Assembly: GCA_965367815.1 (NCBI GenBank)
Contig: CBDUKN010000014.1
Location: 1 to 64,000, forward strand
Length of the DNA stretch: 64,000 bases
Direction of reading: 5' to 3'
Origin: an uncultured Thermoprotei archaeon
Lineage (GTDB): Archaea > Thermoproteota > Thermoprotei > Thermofilales > B15-G2
Part shown: piece after piece, positions 37,777-47,022 of the stretch
Layout of the letters: the number at the start of each line of letters is the position of its first letter
Position numbering within the stretch: the first letter of the stretch is position 1
Position numbers and translations under genes: made by a program
The notes under the pieces: generated by a model
The model's input: the letters and a program-made list of their open reading frames with translations, nothing else
Database searches by the model: none
What the model was told of the DNA's origin: nothing

Positions 37777-39612
37777 GTGGCTATGAATATAGTTCTTTCA
37801 GGTAAAAGAGAAATCTGTGGCAATATACTTTCTGCTGTTCTCGGAGAAAATGGAGTAAAAAGACTTTACTTCGGAGAATATTTTCGAGGAGAACCTTTTG
37901 CCGAAATTGAAGCAGTAAAAGAACCTTCGGTTTTAGTAGAAACATGGGATTTGAGCGGCATTGAGAGAATACTTGAAGTTAACGGCGTTTTTCTGCGAGA
38001 ATTTATGAGCATATATAAAGATACAGTAGTGTATTTAATTGAATCTCCTGAAGAAAACTACTTGTGCTTAAAAGGTCGTATTATTCCGCACTACTGGTCT
38101 CCAAGAGATAATATTGATGAAATAGCCCGTGAAGGACGGTTTAGAGGAGAGGTCGTCGATAATAGTACTTTTTTAGTTTTCTACGAGAATAGATTCTTTG
38201 CTGTAAAATGTAATCAAAGCATCAATATCGATGTAAAGGAGAGTGAAGTAGAGTTTAGTGCCGAAAACATGTCTAAAGACTTTGTTTTAGTCGCCTCAGG
38301 AGGAGTTTCAAAAGAGGCTGTTTTAAGAGAAGTCTCCAGTGCCGTAAAAAATCCCTTAAAAATAGCTGGTCTTAGAGCTGAGTGGCTTAAATCGCTCTTA
38401 TCTAAAATTCCTTCGCTTCAGACTAAGCGAAAAGACTTTATTGACTTATGGAAGTACTGCTGGTACGTTATACTAACTAATAGAAGTGTTGTTGAAAATC
38501 ACCCTATTTTAGTTAAGCCGTTTAATATGCCGACTAAATATGTTTTTAGGCATCAATGGCTATGGGACTCTGCTTTCCACGCTATAGTTCTCTCACTATA
38601 TGACGTGAATTTAGCTAAAGAAGAATTGTATAACTTGTTTCATGCTCAGAAACCGGATGGAAGAATTCCTCATGAAATATTCCTGTCTAAAACTATTTGT
38701 AGAAGACTCTGGCGTGTAGACGACTATTGTCCATGGACTACTCAGCCACCAGTAATTGCTGTGGCTGTTAAACGTATACTCGATAAAGAATTCGATAGAG
38801 GCTTCGCTAAACTAGCCTACGAAAAGCTAGTAAAATACGATGAATGGTTCTCATTGGAAAGAGACGTCGACAGAGATAATCTCGCATCATATATTGACTA
38901 CCTCGAATCTGGCTGGGACAATAGCGTCCGATGGGATGACCCTATAGCAAGACTTCGTGAACAACCGGACTACTATCATAGACTTTATCCACAAGCACGC
39001 ATGGCTCCTGTTGAAGCAGTAGACCTTAACTGCTTACTCTACGTTCAGAGGAAGACTATAAGCGAGCTTGCTGAAGCTCTAGGAGACTATGAGACTTCAG
39101 AAAAATACTATGCTCTCGTCGAAGAAACTAGGAAGAAAATACTACAGTACATGTGGGACGAGGAAACAGACTTCTTCTATGATGTCTATGAAGATACTCA
39201 TGAAAAAATAATGGTTAAAACTCCAGCAGCCTTCCTGACTATGTTCGCTAAAATAGCTACCCGAGAACAAGCCGAGAAACTAGTAGAACACTTATTCGAT
39301 CCAAAGGAGTTTTGGACAACTTTCCCGCTACCTACTGTCAGCGCAGATAACCCGAAGTATGATCCAAGAGGCTACTGGAGAGGAAGATCTTGGATAAACA
39401 TGGTTTGGTTTACTTACTGGGGGCTAGTAAACTACGGTTACTTAAATGAGGCTAGGAAATTGGCTTTAAAAGTGATAGAACTTATGGCTAGAGGACCTAC
39501 GTGCAGCGAGAACTACGATAGCTCTACAGGTGAACCTGTAGGCGCAGAAGACTTTGGATGGTCGACACTAATTTTAGATATAATGAGAGATCTAGAAAAA
39601 GAACAGCTTTAA
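37777..39612 (+). CDS. MGH1-like/GH63 family glycoside hydrolase
   Basis: QWLWDSAFH, TQPP, ESGWDNS.RWD, YWRG.SW.N, ENY...TG..G..DFGWS. Confidence 0.88.
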   Translation: MAMNIVLSGKREICGNILSAVLGENGVKRLYFGEYFRGEPFAEIEAVKEPSVLVETWDLSGIERILEVNGVFLREFMSIYKDTVVYLIESPEENYLCLKGRIIPHYWSPRDNIDEIAREGRFRGEVVDNSTFLVFYENRFFAVKCNQSINIDVKESEVEFSAENMSKDFVLVASGGVSKEAVLREVSSAVKNPLKIAGLRAEWLKSLLSKIPSLQTKRKDFIDLWKYCWYVILTNRSVVENHPILVKPFNMPTKYVFRHQWLWDSAFHAIVLSLYDVNLAKEELYNLFHAQKPDGRIPHEIFLSKTICRRLWRVDDYCPWTTQPPVIAVAVKRILDKEFDRGFAKLAYEKLVKYDEWFSLERDVDRDNLASYIDYLESGWDNSVRWDDPIARLREQPDYYHRLYPQARMAPVEAVDLNCLLYVQRKTISELAEALGDYETSEKYYALVEETRKKILQYMWDEETDFFYDVYEDTHEKIMVKTPAAFLTMFAKIATREQAEKLVEHLFDPKEFWTTFPLPTVSADNPKYDPRGYWRGRSWINMVWFTYWGLVNYGYLNEARKLALKVIELMARGPTCSENYDSSTGEPVGAEDFGWSTLILDIMRDLEKEQL

Positions 39613-39699
39613 GTTAAATTTAATTGAAATTAATGTTTTTATGATTAATACATTATTTAACGAGAAAAATATTAGTTTTGATAGATAAAAATAACGTAT

Positions 39700-41571
39700 C
39701 TACTCCTTTACTGTAACTAATACTGGTTTGCTCATTTTATCTACTCCAGGCTCTAGTCTACCGTTATCGTTGACATCAAGCCACGCTACTGCCACGTATT
39801 CTCCGGGAGTAATTTCCTTAAAAACAAAAACACTATTTGAGGTATTTTCAGCAACGGCTAGTGGTGTAGCTAAACATAGTCTGTGAGGCTTAAAGAAATC
39901 TTTTGTATAGTACAAGTGAGCTCTGAGAACTTCTCCATCATTTAGCTTTCCTTTAAGTTTCACTTTCAACAAAATACTATGATTTTCATAAGTGACTTCA
40001 CTTACATCTATTTCCTCTACGTCTCTTCCTTTAAGCTCCTTAGGGACGCACACTTCTACTCTAGATACTTTTCCCGCAGACACTTGAATGGGTACTCCCC
40101 ACGTAAGTAGCAGAGGCCTCTTTTCACCTGGCACTTCTCTGTCTACGTAGAGGTAAACTATTCCAGGAGCTATTTTATCGAAAAAGAACTTTCCCTTGCT
40201 ATCAACTCTTATTCTTCTACCATACATAGGTGCTGAAGGTGGATCACCATAGGCGGGTGCACGATATTCTCGCAGCAGCCCAACATGTATTCCTTCTAAG
40301 TCCTCACAAAATACTCTTCCTTCAACAGCCCCCATGTCCTTCTCTGGATCTACGGGTTTAAGCAAGTTTTCTTTCTCGCCAAGAAGCTCTAAAATAGAGT
40401 TAATTAGAATTCTGCCCCGAGACGCCTCAAAGAAAGATCCTCTACCTTCATACGTTAGCTCCTCTAACGCCTCCGGCTCCGGCGTAAAATATCCAAGATA
40501 ATCGTTTGAAACAGTTACTAGTATAGGGTACTCATATTTACATCGCTTAACGAACTCTAAGCCAAGATCCGCTGTAACCTCGCATGGAACTATAGCAAAG
40601 CAAGCATCATTAATTATTAGCATCTGCAGTGGAGCCTCATAGTGTCCTCTCTTTAAATACGTCATGAACTGCTTCTTAACAGGCAGCACTACTTTAGCTC
40701 GCTTGAACACTAAGTGAACTTTATCTGAAACCTCTGTTTTCTCAGCAAGCTCTACTATACCCTCTCCCAGAGTTCTAAACAGCATTGTAAGGCGCTCCTT
40801 TTTGCCTCCCCATATAGAGGAAATCTGCATATCGCCAGCAGCTCCCATTAAAAATACTGTCTCAACGTCTCTATACTCTACATCAGGGTAAAGGTCTATT
40901 AGCTGCTTTACATTAATTTTAGCTTCGACATACTTCCTCACGTACTCAGGCCACTCTGGGCCGATTTTGCCTGGATGACTTCCGCCCCAAGCCGTAGTCA
41001 GCATTGTGGGATGAGAGGGAAAAACGAAGATTATTCCTCTAATAGCTCCCTTGAGATCACATATCTTAGTGACATATAGTGTAGTATCGACGTAGCCTCC
41101 TGGCTTTCTACGATTCTCATTAACCCATGACGGAAGCTTCTTTTTACCAAAACCTATTTTAGCATCAAACATATCGCTTAAAGCTTCTTTAACACACTCT
41201 ACAGCTCTTCTCTTAAGTAGATCTAGTATCTTCGGGTCGCGAGGACTGGGGTAAGAATGGTTGTGTATCGCTGAGACTATTATGTGCTCTACGCTTACTC
41301 CAGTTTTCTCCGATACCGCTCTCTTAATAGCATCTGCTTCTTTTTTCCTAAAACCTATTACATCGAATACTAGCCACACTAGCTTAAAGTCTCCTACTTC
41401 GAAGACTATACTCTTACAAAATATATTCCTGCTGTAGAAATCTAGTACAGGTACTTGCTTGCCATAGGGCAGTACTATGGGCCACGAAGGAGCAATGGAT
41501 TTTGAAGCTAAGCCTACTCTAAGACTACCACTACTGCTCTCTTCACACACCCCCTCTAGCATTTTCGCCAA
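39700..41571 (-). CDS. Neutral/alkaline ceramidase-like amidohydrolase with two C-terminal beta-sandwich domains
   Basis: SAIHNHS.P, NRR, SHPT, GAAGD, PCE, NDYLGY..YE; C-terminal PGEY...WLDVNDNG. Confidence 0.7.
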   Translation of the reverse strand: MAKMLEGVCEESSSGSLRVGLASKSIAPSWPIVLPYGKQVPVLDFYSRNIFCKSIVFEVGDFKLVWLVFDVIGFRKKEADAIKRAVSEKTGVSVEHIIVSAIHNHSYPSPRDPKILDLLKRRAVECVKEALSDMFDAKIGFGKKKLPSWVNENRRKPGGYVDTTLYVTKICDLKGAIRGIIFVFPSHPTMLTTAWGGSHPGKIGPEWPEYVRKYVEAKINVKQLIDLYPDVEYRDVETVFLMGAAGDMQISSIWGGKKERLTMLFRTLGEGIVELAEKTEVSDKVHLVFKRAKVVLPVKKQFMTYLKRGHYEAPLQMLIINDACFAIVPCEVTADLGLEFVKRCKYEYPILVTVSNDYLGYFTPEPEALEELTYEGRGSFFEASRGRILINSILELLGEKENLLKPVDPEKDMGAVEGRVFCEDLEGIHVGLLREYRAPAYGDPPSAPMYGRRIRVDSKGKFFFDKIAPGIVYLYVDREVPGEKRPLLLTWGVPIQVSAGKVSRVEVCVPKELKGRDVEEIDVSEVTYENHSILLKVKLKGKLNDGEVLRAHLYYTKDFFKPHRLCLATPLAVAENTSNSVFVFKEITPGEYVAVAWLDVNDNGRLEPGVDKMSKPVLVTVKE

Positions 41572-41694
41572 AATTGGCTCCTACACGCACATATAAAACA
41601 CTAACCTCATTACCTACACAAAACTATACATTAAGTTAACTTAATACCATAGTTTCTATAAATAAACTATAAGCTTAAAGAATATACGTTGACA

Positions 41695-43311
41695 CTAGCC
41701 AGCAGCCTTGACTTTAACTACCTGTATGTTATTTGCAGGCACTTTTACTTCGAAAACAGCTTCACCTTCAATTACTCTCACTTTTCTCTCAGCTACTAGA
41801 GCTAAGTGATATAGTTCTGGGCGCATTACGAGAGCACTACATTCACTTGCCTCTGTTCTCAGAGGAACAGTAACTTCGACTACTAAGTCTTCACTACCTA
41901 AGTTGTCGAGAACAACTGTAGTAGAAGTTCCTTGAGTGCTCGCCGTGTAACATAAGTTGCTTGTATCTTGTTCTGAAAATACTCCACACCAGTATCTTTT
42001 TGCTCCGTGGAAAAGTTCGCTCCATGCACGCCAGCACTCGAAAGTCTCTCTATTCTTTATCCTACCGTCTGCGTGTACTAAGCCTATCTTGTCTTCATGA
42101 ACACCTTCAACTAGACACCAGTCTACCATGACAACATTAACTACACCATTGTGCATTAAGCGAGGCAGAGCTCCTCTAACAAAGCTATAGCCCAAATCGT
42201 GTCTCCACTCATCTACAGCTACCCTAATATGCTGAAGACCCTTTCTATCAAGTAGCGTTCGCAGATGCTCTGCAGCTATCCACGGCGAATTAGGATTAGA
42301 GTTATTGTACTCATAGGGATGATATCCCAGAGCATCTACCCACTTGAAAACTTCTTTGTTGTCAGTCAGCTTCTCGTAATAGAACCAAGCTTCCTTAGGA
42401 AGCCCGTGGAGCTCAGCGTGCCATCTAACGTAGTTCCACGTGTGGTTCCCACTGAGTATTACAAATGAATCAGGGTCATTTTGTTTAATTGCTCTCCCGT
42501 ATCTGAGGCTATATTCAAAGAAGCCTTCCCAGCTGCCGCCGTTCCCGAACCAGTGTACATCCCATTCTCCTAGTCCTCTATAGAGTTTAACCCAGTCTTT
42601 AGTCCGCCTGACATGCCACGCTACGAAATCTTCCCATGCATCATAGTCTACTAGGTCTCCTCCAACCCAGTAATCATGATAATGTATTACTTTGCCGCAG
42701 CCAGGCTTCCAGTCAGGATTGCTGGCTCTACCTGTTTTAATGTACTTTGAGTTCCACTTAGGCACACCCCATATGTTGGACATGGGCTTCAGCCGAATAC
42801 CTATATAGAGTTCTTCTAGTCTAGCCCAGCGCTCAGGCAGTATTCTCTTCCCCTTCTCCAGCTCCATTTCGTGGTGTCCTACGCTACAGCAGTCGAAGTC
42901 AATCCAGTCGAGCGGGTAGACTCCTATTTTTACTCCAATAACGTTTCTCGCGGAGCGGAGGTTTCCGAAAAGCCACATTTCGTCTCCAGGCAAGGCTTCC
43001 TTAAGTTCCATGAAATCTATTTTAGCGCTATTCTCCTTCAAGAGAATAGTTAAAGAGTTCTCTCCTATCTTCTGAAGATGTTTAGGCAGGTAGCAGTTAA
43101 TGGTTACATCAAAGTGTTTATGTAGCCATACTACAGCGGGCTTGTATTTATGTAAGTATACTCTCCTGCCGTTAAAAAGCAGCTCTACTGTTACTGGAGA
43201 ACTGTATGAAATTTTCAAAAAACGGGCATGAAAAAGTAATGGCTTCTTCTCGCTTTGCTCCCATAAAATAATAAGTGGAGTATCTGCAAGAATTTTAGGA
43301 AGAAAATTCAC
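41695..43311 (-). CDS. Putative clan GH-A glycoside hydrolase (GH39/GH5-like), uncertain 5' end
   Basis: W..LE, GLGEWD, AIKQNDP, DALGYHPY, VAVDEW; C-terminal beta domain. Confidence 0.55.
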   Translation of the reverse strand: MNFLPKILADTPLIILWEQSEKKPLLFHARFLKISYSSPVTVELLFNGRRVYLHKYKPAVVWLHKHFDVTINCYLPKHLQKIGENSLTILLKENSAKIDFMELKEALPGDEMWLFGNLRSARNVIGVKIGVYPLDWIDFDCCSVGHHEMELEKGKRILPERWARLEELYIGIRLKPMSNIWGVPKWNSKYIKTGRASNPDWKPGCGKVIHYHDYWVGGDLVDYDAWEDFVAWHVRRTKDWVKLYRGLGEWDVHWFGNGGSWEGFFEYSLRYGRAIKQNDPDSFVILSGNHTWNYVRWHAELHGLPKEAWFYYEKLTDNKEVFKWVDALGYHPYEYNNSNPNSPWIAAEHLRTLLDRKGLQHIRVAVDEWRHDLGYSFVRGALPRLMHNGVVNVVMVDWCLVEGVHEDKIGLVHADGRIKNRETFECWRAWSELFHGAKRYWCGVFSEQDTSNLCYTASTQGTSTTVVLDNLGSEDLVVEVTVPLRTEASECSALVMRPELYHLALVAERKVRVIEGEAVFEVKVPANNIQVVKVKAAG

Positions 43312-43531
43312 TTCAATTTTTCTTACTAAGCCAGTCTCGTGGAGCCACTACCACCTCTACTTTCCGCTTACCAAACTCACACTAGTCACCATTTTTAAAA
43401 CCTATACGCCATAAGATATTGCTCACTTCTACTACATTTATTTTTCAGAATATATAAGTAAGTACTTAATGTCATTAGTTCTGTGAGTAAAAATTTAATT
43501 GACTTATTACTTACATCTCTTAGGTGTTCGC

Positions 43532-43756
43532 TTGAGAGTAATCCAGGTGAAGGTTCCCGAGGGATTAAAAGAAAAAGATATTAAATTGGTAGTGGCTATC
43601 GAGGCTTTTAGACGAGGATTAGTCAGTATAGGGAAAGCTGCCGAACTAGCAGAATTACCCTTACAGATTTTCATAGAGGAACTTAAGAAAAGAGGAATAC
43701 CTGCCTATCGTTACGATGAAAAAGAAGCTTTAAGGGAACTGGGTCTTGAAACATAA
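43532..43756 (+). CDS. UPF0175 family antitoxin (start taken as TTG 43532)
   Basis: AIEAFRRGLVSIGKAAELA.L....FIEEL.KRGI. Confidence 0.88.
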   Translation: MRVIQVKVPEGLKEKDIKLVVAIEAFRRGLVSIGKAAELAELPLQIFIEELKKRGIPAYRYDEKEALRELGLET

Positions 43757-44246
43757 TAAGGTAGTATTAAACTCGTCGGTAATAATAGCTTTAAGTAAAC
43801 TTAAAATCTTAACAAAAATAGCAAATATTTTCGAAAAAGTCATGGTTCCCGCTGCTGTATACCAAGAAGTCTGTATTAAAGGACAAGGCCTACCCGGTGA
43901 TAAAGATTTGAGAAAAGCAGTAAAAGAAGGCTTAATATTAGTAAAGAAAGTCAGAAACGTGGTAATGGTTAAAGAACTCTGCTCTAAGCTTTCAGCTGGA
44001 GAAGCAGAGGCAATCGTCTTAGCACTAGAGGAGAACGCTGACTTCATAGTTCTTGACGATAAACTAGCACGAAAAAAGGCCCGTGAACTAGGCCTCAATG
44101 TTATTGGAACTCTACGTATTCTTAAAATACTCTACAATAAACATTTAATTGATAAACAAACTCTAATATCAAGTATTAGAGAACTCAAAAGACATGGTTT
44201 CTGGATAAGCAATAACATTATTTCAAAAATTTTAAAAGAACTTTAA
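43746..44246 (+). CDS. DUF3368 PIN-domain toxin
   Basis: VVLNSS, VP.AVYQE, LSAGEAEAI.LA, LDD..AR..A...GL.VIGTL, GFWIS. Confidence 0.9.
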   Translation: MKHNKVVLNSSVIIALSKLKILTKIANIFEKVMVPAAVYQEVCIKGQGLPGDKDLRKAVKEGLILVKKVRNVVMVKELCSKLSAGEAEAIVLALEENADFIVLDDKLARKKARELGLNVIGTLRILKILYNKHLIDKQTLISSIRELKRHGFWISNNIISKILKEL

Positions 44247-44424
44247 CGTACATCTTAATTTAACTCTATTTTAAGTTGAAAAGATTTTGCCTAAAGACAA
44301 TTTAAGGTAAAGATTTTAAAAACAAGGCTAGATTGATAGCTGATAGTAAAACCTTTAGTCGCTTAACATAGCTTTCTTTTCAAACAAACTTAGGGACTAT
44401 GAACTACTTTAGCACAAAATCGAA

Positions 44425-45303
44425 TTATCTTCTTAAACTAGCGAATCCATACTTCTTTGCTATACGCTCTGCCTTAAAGTACATTTTAAGCGAAGGAGGA
44501 ATAGTGACAACTGTGAAAATAACGAGATACAGCATACTGAAGAGAGGATCAGTTAAAACGACTTTATGTGCTGTAAGAGAATACAGTATTAGAGACGTTG
44601 AATGTGCCTGAGGAAGCACTAAAACTATTCTTCTCCAAGGATCATTTTTCAGGCAATAAGGAATACCGTAGGCGAAAAGAAAATACAGTATAAGCCCAAT
44701 TATTCCTCTAAATCCACGTATAGGCTTATAAGCTATGTGAATTCCCGCAATAACTATTGAAATACTAGCATTAGATAAAAACGTTAAAATAAATGCTACT
44801 ATAAACACCGGTAAATCGATTGCCAACGACCCCTCTAGCGCTGCTGGAATAAACCCTATAACGAATGCTACAAGAAGCATCCATGAAGTATAGAGGTTAG
44901 CAAGATACAGCGATAACATAGACTTTAAAGCCAGCCTAAATGCCTCATATACACCTGACCTAATTCTCCCGAGAATAGCGTCAGCAAACTGAAAAATAGC
45001 AGAAGTATTAAGCATAGCCGCGAAGAAAAGTGCGCCAATTTCGCTCAACGGCTTAGCGCCAACTAGTTTCAGCGGAAGCATTACTGTAAAATACATGATC
45101 AAAAACTGCACAAAAAACATTAAGGCGTCGCCTACTCTCGAAAAAAGCTCCTCCATTTCAATTTTAAAAATAACCCAGGAGTCTTCAAGCACTTTAAACC
45201 AGTAGTCAGTAACCTTACTCAATCCAGAAGCTCTCTTCAAAGACCCTACACCTAAGACACTATCTGCCAAGTTCTTCTCCCCCATGCCCGCCACCTCTCC
45301 CAT
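44425..45303 (-). CDS. ABC-2 type exporter permease
   Basis: About 6 TM helices; overlaps the ABC ATPase gene. Confidence 0.75.
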   Translation of the reverse strand: MGEVAGMGEKNLADSVLGVGSLKRASGLSKVTDYWFKVLEDSWVIFKIEMEELFSRVGDALMFFVQFLIMYFTVMLPLKLVGAKPLSEIGALFFAAMLNTSAIFQFADAILGRIRSGVYEAFRLALKSMLSLYLANLYTSWMLLVAFVIGFIPAALEGSLAIDLPVFIVAFILTFLSNASISIVIAGIHIAYKPIRGFRGIIGLILYFLFAYGIPYCLKNDPWRRIVLVLPQAHSTSLILYSLTAHKVVLTDPLFSMLYLVIFTVVTIPPSLKMYFKAERIAKKYGFASLRR

Positions 45304-46234
45304 AAAGATGCTTAAATACTTCTTCGAGCGAAGGCTCTACAACAGAAATAAAGTCTATTCTCGCAGTAGAAGCAATTTCAACTAAAAGAGGATTTAACTC
45401 CTGGCCCCGCCTAAGCCTTACACGCACTTCACCGCCCTTTTCTTCAACTTCATAGCCTTCACTCAAAAGATGTTTAGCGAGCTCTCTAGGCTTATCGCAC
45501 TTAATTCTAACTACTTTTTCTAAAGGCGAAAACTTTTCTAAAATTTCTTCTGTTCTACCATAAGCTATTATCCTCCCCCTATCTAAGAAAGCCAAGTAGT
45601 CTGAAAGCCTCTGAGCCTCATACATATTATGAGTAGCTAGAAAAATAGTAGTCCCCTCCCTACTAATCTTCCTAATATAGCTTCTTATCTGCTCCGCGCA
45701 TATTACATCGATACCTGAAGTAGGCTCATCTAGAAACAAGACCTCGGGATAATTTATCAGCGCCCTACATAGACTACTACGAACCCTTAAGCCTCTACTC
45801 AACTCATAAATTCTCTTATCTTTATGCTCTTTTAAGTCAAAAAACTCAAGAAGCTCATTTATTCTTCTTTTAAGTTCAAGCCCCCTAAAACCATAGAGAC
45901 GCCCAAATAACCTGAGATTTCTTTCAATAGTCATATTTTCTATTAAGTATGTCCTCTCAGTACTCATGATATTAATTATGTGCTTAACACGCTCAAACTC
46001 TCTACTAATATCGTATCCAAGTAATTCAGCATAACCGTCATCAGGTTCAAGAAAACCAGTAAGTATCCTAATAGTAGTAGTTTTCCCCGCACCATTAGGA
46101 CCTAAGTACCCTAAAATATGTCCTTTGGGTAGAGAAAACGTTATTCCTCTTAGTGCAACTATTTTCTTATTTCTTTTAATTTTAAAAACTTTAACAAGAT
46201 TAGACACTTTTATTGCTAACATTATGTTAATCAC
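45260..46234 (-). CDS. ABC exporter ATP-binding protein
   Basis: [24 protein letters not shown]. Confidence 0.93.
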   Translation of the reverse strand: MINIMLAIKVSNLVKVFKIKRNKKIVALRGITFSLPKGHILGYLGPNGAGKTTTIRILTGFLEPDDGYAELLGYDISREFERVKHIINIMSTERTYLIENMTIERNLRLFGRLYGFRGLELKRRINELLEFFDLKEHKDKRIYELSRGLRVRSSLCRALINYPEVLFLDEPTSGIDVICAEQIRSYIRKISREGTTIFLATHNMYEAQRLSDYLAFLDRGRIIAYGRTEEILEKFSPLEKVVRIKCDKPRELAKHLLSEGYEVEEKGGEVRVRLRRGQELNPLLVEIASTARIDFISVVEPSLEEVFKHLYGRGGGHGGEELGR

Positions 46235-46584
46235 CTCAAGTTAATAGAATATTTTATTTTCAGCTTTATTCTTCGCAAAATATAATATTTTTTAGTAAGG
46301 TACTGTATATTAGGAATACTGTTGTTTATTATTGCTTTTTTCATAATCTTCACGACCTTCCCCCGCACATCCCTTTATACTTGCTACATGTCCATTATTT
46401 GAGATGGAGTTACTGGTAATAATTTTCTATTTCGTGAATCCTATCATATCTTAACAAACAATACTTATTAACTTTTGGTTAATATAACTTACTTCCTTTA
46501 TCCCCACTTTAAAAATCTTTCTAATTAATTAAGTAGCATTTACGATATATTCGCAAAGTAATAGTTCTTTTAGTTTAATTTACT

Positions 46585-46948
46585 TTATTCTAGTATTTCC
46601 CATAGTACTCTTCCTTCACAGAGTTTTCCATGTCTCTCAGCAACATTTCACGAAAACTCTGCTTTACAGACACGTGAGTCGAGTGTACTTACTCCCTCGT
46701 TTAAAGGCTCACTGGAATATGTGCATAGAAACTAGTCATACCGTGAGTACCTGTCCACGCTCCTGTCACTATTGTAGTCCAGTTCGTGGGAGTATCGCAG
46801 GGAGGTGAAGGCAGTGCTTCTCCGAAAACACCTTCCTCAATTAGCTCGGCTGTCGCAGGCATTAATTCTTCTTTAACGTACTTTTCGATGAAAAACGATA
46901 GTATGCAGTCCAATCCTATTAAAATAAGCTTCTTAGCTTTACTTACAT
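46585..46948 (-). pseudogene. Alkaline phosphatase/phosphodiesterase-superfamily gene with a large internal deletion
   Basis: KKLILIGLD...PPCDTPTNWTTIVTGAW.GTHG; shift to EPLNEG...CKAEF.*NVAERHGK joined directly to a C-terminal CEGRVLWEILE*. Confidence 0.78.
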
Positions 46949-47022
46949 CAGTATTAGGAAAACTCTATACAAATGAGTACTTCTAAGCAAAGACAATAAA
47001 AGCCGAAGATATCGCTTCCAGC

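Noticed and set aside
43340-43392. Pyrrolysine/TAG read-through
   Set aside because: TAG ends several full-length genes (6980, 29955, 50271, 56747) and there are no pyl genes in the window
46280-46450. Possible peptide precursor upstream of the ABC exporter
   Set aside because: No frame combines a start codon with a plausible ORF
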